Assembly: GCA_963704905.1 (NCBI GenBank)
Contig: CAVPHZ010000001.1
Location: forward strand, 131,438-195,437
Reading direction: 5' to 3'
From: Candidatus Chisholmbacteria bacterium
Lineage (GTDB): Bacteria; Patescibacteriota; Microgenomatia; UBA1400; Chisholmbacteraceae
DNA length: 64,000 bases
Part shown: one piece after another, positions 10,050 to 20,292 of the stretch
Layout: every line of letters begins with the position of its first letter
How positions within the stretch are numbered: position 1 is the first letter of the stretch
The notes under the pieces: generated by a model
Databases searched by the model: none
The model's input: the letters and a program-made list of their open reading frames with translations, nothing else
What the model was told of the DNA's origin: nothing
Translations under genes and position numbers: made by a program

Positions 10050-11054
10050 TTAGATCTCTTCAACAGAATTGTTCTTATGCTGGAAGCGCTCTGAGTTGTA
10101 GACTTCTTGAAGAATCAATCTGATCACTAAAAAAGTTGGTACTGCCAGTATTACACCTAGGGTACCTGCTAACTGAAAGCCTATCATAAGTGAAATGATT
10201 ACAATGAGTGGCCTTACACCAACAGCTTTTTGCATTACTTTCGGTACGATGATGTTATTTTCAAATTGCTGAATTAAGAAATACATCGCAATAGTTGCAA
10301 CTGCTGTAATCGGAGAACTTGAAGTTGCGATTAACACCGCAGGAACCATTGATAACGTTGGTCCGATCCCTGGAATAATCTCAAACAGACCCGCTAGAAT
10401 CGCCAAGGGAAGGGCAAAGTTTACCTTTAAGAGTAACAATCCAATGTACGTTAACACACCAATAAGCAGCATCAGCGTAAGTTGACCTCTTACCCAACCT
10501 CCAATCTGATGTTCAAGTTTGTCAATAAATTGTTCGATTTCATTTTCAACTTTTTGATTCCCAAAGAAAAACACCAGATGACGGTGAATATACTTTCTTT
10601 CGGCAAGTAAATAGAAACTCAGTACAAATAGCGTAAATGCACCAATGATGTTTGAAAATGTATTTATGGCTACTCGGGCGACATTACCCGGAAGTGATCC
10701 GAGCTGGTCACTAATGACTCTTTGGTCAATGGTAGGTATCCCGAGTTTTTGAGCAATTATAGGTGTTTGATTTACTAAACTGCCGGTTTGAGAAATAAGA
10801 GGCGGGATAATTGAGGCAATAATTCCAGAGAATATTACAAAAATACCTAAAAATAATATCAGAATTGAGATTCTCCTGGGAATTTTTATTTTTTCCATTG
10901 CGGTTACAACTGGGTTAAGCGCTGACATGATGATGAGAGAAATAAAAATCGCTAACAAGACTGAGCGGATCTCAAAGAGTAACCATAGTGAAAATATAAA
11001 TATCGCTGTGAAAACGATGGTTTTATAGGAAATTTCAACACGAGTTCGTCTCAT
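10050..11054 (-). CDS. AI-2E (PerM) family transporter
   Basis: GGWVRGQL, EIIPGIGP, QQFENNIIVPKVM, GVILAVP motifs. Confidence 0.9.
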   Translation of the reverse strand: MRRTRVEISYKTIVFTAIFIFSLWLLFEIRSVLLAIFISLIIMSALNPVVTAMEKIKIPRRISILILFLGIFVIFSGIIASIIPPLISQTGSLVNQTPIIAQKLGIPTIDQRVISDQLGSLPGNVARVAINTFSNIIGAFTLFVLSFYLLAERKYIHRHLVFFFGNQKVENEIEQFIDKLEHQIGGWVRGQLTLMLLIGVLTYIGLLLLKVNFALPLAILAGLFEIIPGIGPTLSMVPAVLIATSSSPITAVATIAMYFLIQQFENNIIVPKVMQKAVGVRPLIVIISLMIGFQLAGTLGVILAVPTFLVIRLILQEVYNSERFQHKNNSVEEI

Positions 11055-11066
11055 ATCTTAAACACC

Positions 11067-12051
11067 TCAAGCATCACTATACCATCGCTTCACTTTGTCT
11101 ACAACCTGTTGTTTGTAAGATGGATGATTGACATCAAACCAGAAGATTTGTTTATTTGTTTTAAACCAGGTTATCTGTCGGCGGACGTACGCATGTTCAT
11201 CGTTTTTCCAATTTGAAATAACTGATTCTCTGCTGGATCTGTGCTCAACATATGGCTTCCACTGGCGATATCCCATCGCCGACATGGATGGGAGATCAAA
11301 TGTGTATCCTTTATTTAAGTAAATTATTTACCTCTTCCTCAGCGCCTTCCCTTAGCCTGCGTTCAACGCGATCATCTATCCTCATAAATAAATATTTTTT
11401 CTCGGCTGTTAATCCGATCCACAACGTTTTATCTGCACTTCGAATTTTTTTTAATCTCACATGTTTTCCTTTTTCTTTATATTCAGAAATTTCGATTGCC
11501 CTGATGAGTCTTCTGGGATTTTTCCGATCTGATTGATTCATTGTCTGAAATCGTTCTGATTCTATTTGTATTAAAATTTTTTGAAGATCTTTAACAGATT
11601 TATTCGAGAGTTGATCTCGTAATTTCTCGTTTGGGGGAATGTGTATTGTGTCTATTGATCTCGTGATTGCTTGCAAATATAACCCAGTTCCACCAACAAT
11701 AATAGGGAGTTTATTTCTTTCCCAAATATCATTAAGCACTACAGTTGCGAAGTTAATGAAATGAGCGACGCTGAATTCTTCATCTGGATCTACAAGGTTA
11801 TACCCCCAGATCTTGGTGCTATTGTTGAAATAAGGGATACCTTTTCCACCCCATTGGAGATGTGAAGTAAGGGGTTTGAAACTTTTTGGGATATCTTTCC
11901 CAGTCCCAATATTCATACCTTTGTATACCTGGCGAGAGTCAGCAGAAATAATTTCACCGTTGAATTTTTTTGCAAGAAGCAATCCTAGAGATGTTTTTCC
12001 GGTTGCTGTGGGGCCACAAACAATGAGAAATTTTTTCATTCGATCAAACAA
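11067..12051 (-). CDS. miaA: tRNA dimethylallyltransferase, split by a frameshift near 11313
   Basis: GPTATGKT, SADSRQVYKGMNIGTGK, IVGGTGLY; C-terminal MGYRQW...YVRRQITWF in 11067-11285 joins if one A is removed. Confidence 0.92.
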
Positions 12052-13210
12052 TTATTGGACGCTGATTTAGGTTATCTTTGTTGATTATTTGATCCAGAAT
12101 CTCCCAGCGTCTTTTCTTCTCTTGAGGAGAAATGTCATCTTTAAAGATTCTCCAGGCGGCTGTTCCAGGACGAGGGGAATATTGCGCAACGAAGCCAACT
12201 TTCCAGTCAATTGTTTTTGCTAACTCTACTGTTCTTTCAAAATCCTTCCGGGTTTCTCCTGGAAAACCAACAATGATATCCGTACCGATTACAACATCCG
12301 GCACTTTTTTGCGCAATTTTTGTACTAGTTTTATGTAATCTTCTCTTGTATATCCACGGTTCATTCTTTTGAGTACTTTATTGCTTCCTGATTGAACAGG
12401 GAGATGTATATAGCGGTCTATTTTATAATTATTAGCAATTTCATCAATGAGTTCATCATGAAAATCCCAGGGATTGCTGGTTATAAAACGGATAATTTTA
12501 ATTCCATTAATTTTTGAGATCTGTTGAAGTAATTGTACAAATGGAGGTGTGCCGTTTGGTTTTAGATATTGACTTTGATTGGTCGGAAGATCTTTACGTT
12601 TAAATTTATTATCCCTATCCATGAGAAGTTTACGAAAGCCAATTCCGACTTTCTCAAGTCCCCATGAGTTAACATTCATTCCTAAAAGAGTTACTTCTGA
12701 ATACCCCACCTTAGCGAGTCCATTTATTTCTTCAAGAATATCTTTCTCTGGTCTACTTTTTTCACGCCCGCGTGAGTAGGGCACAATACAAAATGTGCAA
12801 AATGAGTTACAACCAGTTGAGATGGGTACCCAAGCGTGGTTTTTGTCTTTACGTATTGCTTGAGAATTAAACCCAACTTCCCCGACAGGCAATATTTCAT
12901 CGACAATTGGAAGCAGTTCGTAGATCTTCGTTTTTCCATGATGCGTCATGCAACCGGTAAAAATAATCTTTGGTTTTTTCTTCTTTGACTTAATGAAGTG
13001 TAGTTTTACATTTCTTAAGAAACCTTGGGCTCGATCTTCTGCTCTTTGCCTGACTGCACAAGTGTTTACCACAATTTCATCAGCAGATTTCCAAGACTTT
13101 GCTGGTTGATAACCACGGGCGTGATAATCTCCCTCAATTCTTTCTGAATCTGACTTATTCTGTTGACAACCAAATGTTTTGATGAAGTATGTTTTTCTTC
13201 TGGCTTTCAT
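12044..13210 (-). CDS. miaB: Radical SAM methylthiotransferase MiaB (no TRAM domain)
   Basis: TFGCQQNKSDSE, NTCAVRQRAE, CNSFCTFC, DIIVGFPGET, YSPRPGT; adjacent to miaA. Confidence 0.88.
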   Translation of the reverse strand: MKARRKTYFIKTFGCQQNKSDSERIEGDYHARGYQPAKSWKSADEIVVNTCAVRQRAEDRAQGFLRNVKLHFIKSKKKKPKIIFTGCMTHHGKTKIYELLPIVDEILPVGEVGFNSQAIRKDKNHAWVPISTGCNSFCTFCIVPYSRGREKSRPEKDILEEINGLAKVGYSEVTLLGMNVNSWGLEKVGIGFRKLLMDRDNKFKRKDLPTNQSQYLKPNGTPPFVQLLQQISKINGIKIIRFITSNPWDFHDELIDEIANNYKIDRYIHLPVQSGSNKVLKRMNRGYTREDYIKLVQKLRKKVPDVVIGTDIIVGFPGETRKDFERTVELAKTIDWKVGFVAQYSPRPGTAAWRIFKDDISPQEKKRRWEILDQIINKDNLNQRPIIV

Positions 13211-13264
13211 AATCTGTTCATTCTACCAGACGTTTGACAAGATTTCTTTGATATAATTGCTAGT

Positions 13265-13930
13265 ATGAAGAAATCACCTATCAATATCACTAAAATAACT
13301 TCTAAGAGATTGCGAAGTGGAGACTATAAAGACGTTCTTCCTGAATATTATGCGTTAAAATCTGTATCTGAAACAAATCCCTGGCATCTTGATCAAAACG
13401 TGTTCGATCATGCTGTGGCAGTGTTCGATGGACTCGAAAATGTATTGAAACTTGGATTTCTTCCTACAGGGAATAAAAGAGCGGTTGCTTCGTATTTAGA
13501 GAAGAGTGTTGGTAAACATTCAAGAAGAGAGTTATTGACAGTTGCGACGATTCTTCATGATATTGCTAAATCATACTTACACATTCAACTACCCGGAGGT
13601 AAGACAGCTTGTCCTGGCCATGAAATGATAGGGGCTTCAACTGTGAAGCGATTTTCAGATCGCTTTGGTCTAAATTCTGAGTCTGAGAAGCACGTAAAAA
13701 AACTTGTACACTTTCATGGTTTTGTAAACGATGTGCTCACGTTGCTAATTAATAATAAAAATTTAGAAAAAATGATGTCCTTGTATGAAGATGTCGTTGG
13801 AGATATTCAAATTGAACTTCTTCTTTTTATGTTTGCAGACATGAAAGGGAGTGACTTCGAACAAGTTGATCCAATGGAATTAAACTTGCGAATAGATGCT
13901 ATTCGAAATGCTCTTATTTATTTAACTTAA
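13265..13930 (+). CDS. HD-domain phosphohydrolase
   Basis: WH...VFDH, LHDIAK, GHE, VHFH, AD motifs like the HD domain of CCA-adding enzymes. Confidence 0.8.
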   Translation: MKKSPINITKITSKRLRSGDYKDVLPEYYALKSVSETNPWHLDQNVFDHAVAVFDGLENVLKLGFLPTGNKRAVASYLEKSVGKHSRRELLTVATILHDIAKSYLHIQLPGGKTACPGHEMIGASTVKRFSDRFGLNSESEKHVKKLVHFHGFVNDVLTLLINNKNLEKMMSLYEDVVGDIQIELLLFMFADMKGSDFEQVDPMELNLRIDAIRNALIYLT

Positions 13931-13960
13931 TGCGAGTTCTTTAACTAATAAGATTGTTTA

Positions 13961-14647
13961 CTAATTATTCCTCAGCATTTCAAGGATTTCATTTCGGTTT
14001 TTTAAGCTTTTCAAAACAAAGTCTGATTTTGCTTTAAGTAATTGTTTAATCGAATAATTGCCGGTGGCTACGCCTACTGTTTTCACCCCTGCTTCTCTAC
14101 CGGCCTGTATATCCAATGGAGTATCTCCAAATAAAAGTGTTTCCTTTGGGAGGATTTTCAATTCGAACTTTTTAACTGCTTTTTCAATTGCAATCTCAAC
14201 TAGTTTTGTTCTAATCATGTGATCGCTGCCAAATCCACCTATCTTAAAATATTTGTTCAATCCAGCTTTTCTCAATTTTCCTCTTCCAATTTGTTCTAAG
14301 TTTCCTGTTACTAGCCCCATGATTATTTCTTTTTTTGACAAGATTGCTAATAGCTCAGGAACTCCTTTTAGTGCAAATATTCTTTCTCTTGCAACTGATT
14401 CTTTGAATGCATGTACCATTTCAGCCATACATTTGTCCATGCTAGCAACTACTTCTTTCCTTTCCAGTTTTTCTTTCATTAGTACTTCCAAAATAATCTG
14501 TTGATCTGTCATGCCATGAGGATTTATTGTAAATATGTTCGTTTCTATTCCATATACTTTTTTGAACGCAATTTCGAAAGATTTCTCGTGAGATGAGGAG
14601 CTCTGAAGTAGAGTCTTGTCGATGTCAAACAGTAGTAGTTTAATCAT
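13961..14647 (-). CDS. HAD family hydrolase (phosphoglycolate phosphatase-like)
   Basis: LLFDIDKTL, VTGN, FGSD, GDTPLDI, VATG. Confidence 0.9.
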   Translation of the reverse strand: MIKLLLFDIDKTLLQSSSSHEKSFEIAFKKVYGIETNIFTINPHGMTDQQIILEVLMKEKLERKEVVASMDKCMAEMVHAFKESVARERIFALKGVPELLAILSKKEIIMGLVTGNLEQIGRGKLRKAGLNKYFKIGGFGSDHMIRTKLVEIAIEKAVKKFELKILPKETLLFGDTPLDIQAGREAGVKTVGVATGNYSIKQLLKAKSDFVLKSLKNRNEILEMLRNN

Positions 14648-15290
14648 AGTGCTGATTCAACTCGAATGTATTAAGGATTCTCCTGCATGTCCCGTTTGGT
14701 CCTGATTCTACCAGACTTATGCTATCTACCTTTGTGAATATATCTAACTTGTTGGGGAGAATATTAAGAGCCTCCTCACATCTCAGGTAATCAGCAGGAC
14801 GAGCGACTGTGACGTGTGGTTGAAATTCGTCCATGACAAGAATCATCCCATACTTTCTCAAGTATTCTTTCATCTTCTTGGTTGTTCCTGGCAGATGAAG
14901 TTCATTTTCGTTAAATAGTCCATCTCTAAGAGAGTTCAACACCTTGATAAGTTTCTCATGAAAAGCTTGCAATTCATCAGAGATATCGGCGGAAACAAAA
15001 ATTGTTCCGGCAACAACACTTTTTGAAGTGAAGCGTATATGAAATGGTTTCGTGTTTTGAGCTATCTTTTCAAGATTTGCTTCTATCATTTCGTGATTTC
15101 TCTTAGGAAAGTTTGTTGAATAGATTGTCATGTGAGGAATCATATCTTCCATATTCAGACTAACTTTTGACGGAACTACTCTATTAATCTGCTTACTCAG
15201 TTTGATGAATAGATCGTTTACATCTTCATTGAAGATAACTGCGATATTTCTTTTGATTACCTGTTTCGTCTTCATGCTTGCTATGCTCAT
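14640..15290 (-). CDS. 2H phosphoesterase (2'-5' RNA ligase-like)
   Basis: Two HxT motifs: PHMTI and PHVTV. Confidence 0.8.
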   Translation of the reverse strand: MSIASMKTKQVIKRNIAVIFNEDVNDLFIKLSKQINRVVPSKVSLNMEDMIPHMTIYSTNFPKRNHEMIEANLEKIAQNTKPFHIRFTSKSVVAGTIFVSADISDELQAFHEKLIKVLNSLRDGLFNENELHLPGTTKKMKEYLRKYGMILVMDEFQPHVTVARPADYLRCEEALNILPNKLDIFTKVDSISLVESGPNGTCRRILNTFELNQHYD

Positions 15291-16090
15291 TAACTTGAGG
15301 CTGAGGAATATTTTGTCAGCGCAAAGTTCCAAAACTTTACTGAACCCAATAAAAATACCAGTGAAAAGATGAGTGAAAAGGCAATCCAGCTTGGTGTGAG
15401 TAAAGCCATAACTGCTTTTGCTGGAAAGGTAAAGATCACAGCTATGGGGATAACGAAAGTGAGGAGCGCACGAATTGCATTTGAATAAATATCAATTGGA
15501 ACCCGCGACATCATCGATAGGTCGCGAAAGATCATGATCGTATGATCAACTTCTGTAGTAATAACACCTACTGACGCTACAAGAATATGGAAGGAAAGCA
15601 CAAGAATAAACCCGCTTATACTAACGAGAGCAAAAGCTGAAATATTTGTAGTGGCCATGTTCATTACCTGAAAAATAAAATACACAATAATAACTATGAA
15701 TAAGGGAATATCCAAAAAGTCAGTGTGCCGAGCCATTACTTGATATAGCGGGTTTAAGGGTTTAACTAAAATGTAATCTAAATTTCCTGAGACAACATAA
15801 TTTCTGAACCAATATATTCCTCGGAAGAAGATTTGGCCAAATAAATCAAAAATATTAAACACTAAAAAGAAGGTAATCAGCTGATCGAGCGAATACCCTG
15901 CTACTCTCTGGACTCTGTCTTCCAAAACCACAAGAAACCAGATAAAGAAGAAGAAGCGGATAAATTTTCCCAGTACAAACATGAGTGAGGCTGGACGGGT
16001 AGCTGTAAGTGATTGAAAGGCTAAGCTCGATGCCTTCAGCCAATACCTCAAGTATTTCCTAGCAATTTGAATAGTGCTTTTATCTTCCAT
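15290..16090 (-). CDS. ABC-2 family (DUF990-type) permease
   Basis: SGNLDYILVKPLNP; C-terminal YSSASS. Confidence 0.85.
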   Translation of the reverse strand: MEDKSTIQIARKYLRYWLKASSLAFQSLTATRPASLMFVLGKFIRFFFFIWFLVVLEDRVQRVAGYSLDQLITFFLVFNIFDLFGQIFFRGIYWFRNYVVSGNLDYILVKPLNPLYQVMARHTDFLDIPLFIVIIVYFIFQVMNMATTNISAFALVSISGFILVLSFHILVASVGVITTEVDHTIMIFRDLSMMSRVPIDIYSNAIRALLTFVIPIAVIFTFPAKAVMALLTPSWIAFSLIFSLVFLLGSVKFWNFALTKYSSASS

Positions 16091-16889
16091 ATGCTCCATA
16101 GATTTTTAATCCTTTATTCCACACCGATTTTGATACCACCGCTAATGCTATTACCCAAACGATCATGGAGCCTAGTATTGTTGCAATATGTATCAAACCA
16201 ACTCTCCCTAAGTAGATTTGCATTGGATGGAAGAGAAAGTACGCTGGTGGGAGGAACTCAAGCACTCGTGCAGCTTTTTCGGGAAAGATATCCAGCGGAA
16301 ATAATCCTCCTGATAGGAACTCAATCATGATGACTGCGAGAAATCGCGCCGGCCAACCATTATGTTCGGGATACCAAAATGTTATTGAACTAATAAGGAA
16401 ACTTAGGAAAAAGTACATGAGCATCGCTACTACGCTGGTTATTACAAATGCGGATAAAAAGATGGGATTGGTTTGCAAAAAGAGCGGCGGCTGAAGAATG
16501 AAAATGATTAAAGCCAACTCAACAAAGACGAAGATAGAATTGAGCGCTTTATCAGCTAGGTCTTTTGACATCCAATTGGCGAAATAATTAAGTGGTCTAA
16601 TTAAGAAGTTATTCAAATCCCCACTGGCAATTTCCGCGCCGATATCTTGACTTCTGGAAGCTAATACAAATGATCGTAATACTGAAGTACCAAGAACATA
16701 GGTTAGGATTGTTTGTTTTTCATACCCGGCAAAACTACCGCCTTCTTTGAAAATCGCAAGCCAGAGAAAATAAACAACTAATAGCTGCAGAATTGATCTT
16801 ACCCTCCACATGATGAAATTCAGCCGATATACAAATCCGTTTGCCCAGGAGATTTGAAGAATCTGTTTGTATTTTCCAAGAGCTCGCAT
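16080..16889 (-). CDS. ABC-2 family (DUF990-type) permease
   Basis: SGDLNNFLIRP, LSGGLFPLDIFP, GLKIYGAYGR. Confidence 0.85.
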   Translation of the reverse strand: MRALGKYKQILQISWANGFVYRLNFIMWRVRSILQLLVVYFLWLAIFKEGGSFAGYEKQTILTYVLGTSVLRSFVLASRSQDIGAEIASGDLNNFLIRPLNYFANWMSKDLADKALNSIFVFVELALIIFILQPPLFLQTNPIFLSAFVITSVVAMLMYFFLSFLISSITFWYPEHNGWPARFLAVIMIEFLSGGLFPLDIFPEKAARVLEFLPPAYFLFHPMQIYLGRVGLIHIATILGSMIVWVIALAVVSKSVWNKGLKIYGAYGR

Positions 16890-16892
16890 TGG

Positions 16893-17891
16893 TTATGACT
16901 TTTTTTCTTCGTTTTTAAGCTTTCCTGTGAAGACTTCGCGGATGATGGCTTCGATTGGAGGTTCTTCGATAGTCAGGTCAGCTATGGGAAATTCGTTGAG
17001 GAGTTTGGCTGCTTTTTTTGCGGCTTTCTCTCGTGGAACGTTGATTCTTGCTTTGGGAAATTCGTACTCCTTGACGTCTCCGAATTCGGCAAGTTTTCTG
17101 ATGTTTATGGACCTTGAAAAGACAACTGTAAGGATTTTGTTTCGGGCAAATTTATCAATGACATTTTGCAATTTTCCATCAAAGAGGATCTTTCCTTTGT
17201 CAATGATAATCACACGCTCGCAGAGCTCTTTGACGTCGTCCATGTAGTGACTGGTAAGGAGAATGGTTGAATTAAATTCACGGTTATAGTCTTTGATGAA
17301 ATCACGCATGACTTTTTGCATGACCACATCGAGACCGATGGTCGGTTCATCTAAGAACAGCACTTTAGGATTATGAAGTAAGGCAGCAATGAGCTCGCAC
17401 TTCATCCGCTGTCCGAGTGACAGTTTTCTTACTTGTACTTTGAGTATGTCTTTGACATCTAAAAGATTCACTAACTTGTAGAGGGTTTTTTGGTATTGTT
17501 CATCAGGAACCTCGTAGATTTCTTTGTTTAAGATGAAGGTTTCCATGGCGGGAAGATCCCACCAGAGTTGATTTTTTTGACCCATGACTAGTGAGAATTG
17601 CTTTTGAAAGGCAGGTTTTCTATCCCAAGGAGTGTAGTCAAGAACGCTAATTTCTCCACTGGTTGGATAGAGAAGACCTGAGAGAACCTTAAGGGTTGTA
17701 GTTTTTCCAGCTCCATTGGGTCCAATGAAACCTACCAGCTCACCTTCGCCGATTTTGAAGCTGATGTCGTCCACGGCTTTTACATCGTTGTACTTTCGAG
17801 CAAAGAGCGATTTGATTGAACCTTTCAAACCTGGCTCTTTTTCATGCACTCGATAATATTTTTTTAAGTGACTCACGGATATTAGCGACAT
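16893..17891 (-). CDS. ABC transporter ATP-binding protein
   Basis: GPNGAGKTT, MGQKNQLWWDLP, LSLGQRMK, LFLDEPTIGLD, TSH. Confidence 0.95.
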   Translation of the reverse strand: MSLISVSHLKKYYRVHEKEPGLKGSIKSLFARKYNDVKAVDDISFKIGEGELVGFIGPNGAGKTTTLKVLSGLLYPTSGEISVLDYTPWDRKPAFQKQFSLVMGQKNQLWWDLPAMETFILNKEIYEVPDEQYQKTLYKLVNLLDVKDILKVQVRKLSLGQRMKCELIAALLHNPKVLFLDEPTIGLDVVMQKVMRDFIKDYNREFNSTILLTSHYMDDVKELCERVIIIDKGKILFDGKLQNVIDKFARNKILTVVFSRSINIRKLAEFGDVKEYEFPKARINVPREKAAKKAAKLLNEFPIADLTIEEPPIEAIIREVFTGKLKNEEKKS

Positions 17892-17922
17892 AATCTCCTT
17901 ATTGTATCAAGTAAATCTTATA

Positions 17923-18711
17923 TTATGAACTGGCACTTGAGTAATGACGTATAGCAAAGTTGAAGAATTTTCGCATGATTAAAAAGAGTACTCCAGAGAA
18001 GATAAGGAAAGGAATGATAAATAATTGATCCAATTTCCCAAGAACAATTTCTGCTGGAATAGCCGCAACGAACATGATTGGAATTACAAATGTAAGAATA
18101 ATCCTCATTGGTGCTGGAAATGCGGCTCTAGGAAACCTTGCAGGTCCCATCACTGTAAAGATTAGATCAGTAATGTTTTCTAGTTTTTGTAACCAAAATA
18201 TCGGTGTAACTATGATCATTTCTATACAGAATCGAATGAATGCTGCAGCTGGTATTAATATGAGCAAGGTAAATAGAATACTTCTGTCAATGCTCAGCTG
18301 ACCCAACCATAGACTATATCCAAGCAAAACAACTCCAACAGTCAGTTGAGATAGTCTGTCAAAAGCTACTCTTCGAGTCGTTGAGTAAAATAATGTATCG
18401 ATTGGTTTTGTAAGATAATAGTCAAATTTACCTGAGTTTATTAATAATGAAAATCTCATGATATTTTTTCTTGTAATAATAGACATAAAAGCTGATGCTG
18501 TTCTAAATATTGCATAAATTAGATACACTTGAGATTTTGTCCAATCAGCAATTGTCTCTGTTTGGAGAAATATCATTTCAAACGCAAATATTGATACCGA
18601 AGCCCAGCCAATTTCAACCAGAATTTGAGTTAGAAAATTACCTTTAAATTCCATTTCTCTGATGATGCTATTTCTGGCAAATTCTAGCCATAGCTTAAAA
18701 TAGCGTTTCAT
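17923..18711 (-). CDS. ABC-2 family (DUF990-type) permease
   Basis: SGKFDYYLTKP; C-terminal HYSSASS. Confidence 0.85.
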   Translation of the reverse strand: MKRYFKLWLEFARNSIIREMEFKGNFLTQILVEIGWASVSIFAFEMIFLQTETIADWTKSQVYLIYAIFRTASAFMSIITRKNIMRFSLLINSGKFDYYLTKPIDTLFYSTTRRVAFDRLSQLTVGVVLLGYSLWLGQLSIDRSILFTLLILIPAAAFIRFCIEMIIVTPIFWLQKLENITDLIFTVMGPARFPRAAFPAPMRIILTFVIPIMFVAAIPAEIVLGKLDQLFIIPFLIFSGVLFLIMRKFFNFAIRHYSSASS

Positions 18712-19506
18712 TTATCCTCCAACAGCTGAATATCTCGTAAGCCCTCTCTCCCATAAAAATCTTGCGCTAATAGCAAATATGGCTAGCCAAGCGAATTGAA
18801 TAGCAAAGCCTGTCATCATTTCTTGACTGTTTACTGCGCCAGCTATGATTTCAAGAGGGAATACAGCCAAATATCGAAATGGGAGAATGTTTGCGACCGC
18901 TCTGACACCTAAAGGAAAAAGAAATAAAGGAATTACTCTGCCACCTAAAGTGAATTTTGAGATGTCAATTAAATTTACAAACGATGTTACTTCTTCAGTC
19001 CAAAATCCTAAGAGACCAACAATCGTCTCTACTAGAAAATTGGTTGCTGCACTCAATAACAACGCCGCTATCGTGAATGCTAGCATAGGTATTGTTACTT
19101 TTATGTTTGTAGAAAATATCACTCCACCAAAGACTATCATTGGTAGAAGAAATATACTTTTCACCGCTTTTTCTGCTAAGTTGTTTGCGATATCAAAGAT
19201 AAATGGATTTGTTGGTTTAACCAGATACATATTCAAAGATCCAGTTCTAATTTTTTCAGCCAGAAAAGTACCTCCCCAGGCTGATGTAAGTAGGCTGATG
19301 AGAGGCAAGAGAATGTAATAGAGTGTTAGCGTTTCTTCTTTGGACTGCAAGCTTGGAGTGTGTTGAATAATCGTCTTCCATACGAAGAGCATCGTCAGTG
19401 GAAGGAAGAACAGGTATACCATCCAAATTGCCAACATCCCCGGGTACATTAAAGAGTGTTGCCATTGGGCTTTGAGAATGATCCAGAATTTCTTAATCAT
19501 ATTCAC
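18712..19506 (-). CDS. ABC-2 family (DUF990-type) permease
   Basis: TGSLNMYLVKP, LGGRVIPLFLFP, GLTRYSAVGG. Confidence 0.85.
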   Translation of the reverse strand: MNMIKKFWIILKAQWQHSLMYPGMLAIWMVYLFFLPLTMLFVWKTIIQHTPSLQSKEETLTLYYILLPLISLLTSAWGGTFLAEKIRTGSLNMYLVKPTNPFIFDIANNLAEKAVKSIFLLPMIVFGGVIFSTNIKVTIPMLAFTIAALLLSAATNFLVETIVGLLGFWTEEVTSFVNLIDISKFTLGGRVIPLFLFPLGVRAVANILPFRYLAVFPLEIIAGAVNSQEMMTGFAIQFAWLAIFAISARFLWERGLTRYSAVGG

Positions 19507-20291
19507 GAGCTCGCACTTCCATATCGCTTGATTGCTATCTTAAAAAACCAGCTACTAAACAATAGAGAGAAAATTGCAAAGAAAATAAGAGTAGCAAAAA
19601 GTAACATTGAGGGCTTTCTTAACAAAATCTGAGCGGGTACTGTTGTGATAAGTGTGGCTGGAATGACAAAGGTGAGAAACCCTCGTAATAATCCTTTATA
19701 AAACGGCTGCGGAACTCTCCAAAAATGCCTTAATCCTGGGAAAAGAAAGTGTAAATTGTCGATTCTCTCAAACCAAAAAGCTGCACACATCGTCGTAAAC
19801 CACGCGCTGTACACATAAATGAATGCCAGAATCACTGATGCAAATCCTAGAATTACTTCAAGTAGAGTTGGTTGAATACTTCCAAGTCTTAGCGCATAAA
19901 TGATTGTTCCAAGACCAAAGATTAAGCTGTTAAAATCGTCATTACCTATATGCTTGAATGAGAGAAGAAATTGTTGATTGATTGGCTTGGTTAATTCAAG
20001 GTCAAGCGTGCCTTTATTTATTTTCTCTGGTATTTGGCGCATGTTTTGCCATAAGATTCCCCAAAGTAGAAAGTCGAACAGAAAATAGAATCCTAGTACC
20101 ATGTACACTTCATGTTTCTGCCAACCTGCAATAATGTCCACGTTTAGGTATATGAATTGATAGAACAAAAGATTCAATATGAACCATCCAACTGTGACTA
20201 ATGACCAGGTGATGAAATTTTCTTTGTACATCATTGCTCGAATGTAAGCGTATTTTGCAAACAATAAATACAATTTCAGGTATCGTCTCAT
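19503..20291 (-). CDS. ABC-2 family (DUF990-type) permease
   Basis: KGTLDLELTKP; C-terminal RYGSASS; likely start MRRYLK. Confidence 0.85.
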   Translation of the reverse strand: MRRYLKLYLLFAKYAYIRAMMYKENFITWSLVTVGWFILNLLFYQFIYLNVDIIAGWQKHEVYMVLGFYFLFDFLLWGILWQNMRQIPEKINKGTLDLELTKPINQQFLLSFKHIGNDDFNSLIFGLGTIIYALRLGSIQPTLLEVILGFASVILAFIYVYSAWFTTMCAAFWFERIDNLHFLFPGLRHFWRVPQPFYKGLLRGFLTFVIPATLITTVPAQILLRKPSMLLFATLIFFAIFSLLFSSWFFKIAIKRYGSASS

Positions 20292-20292
20292 G

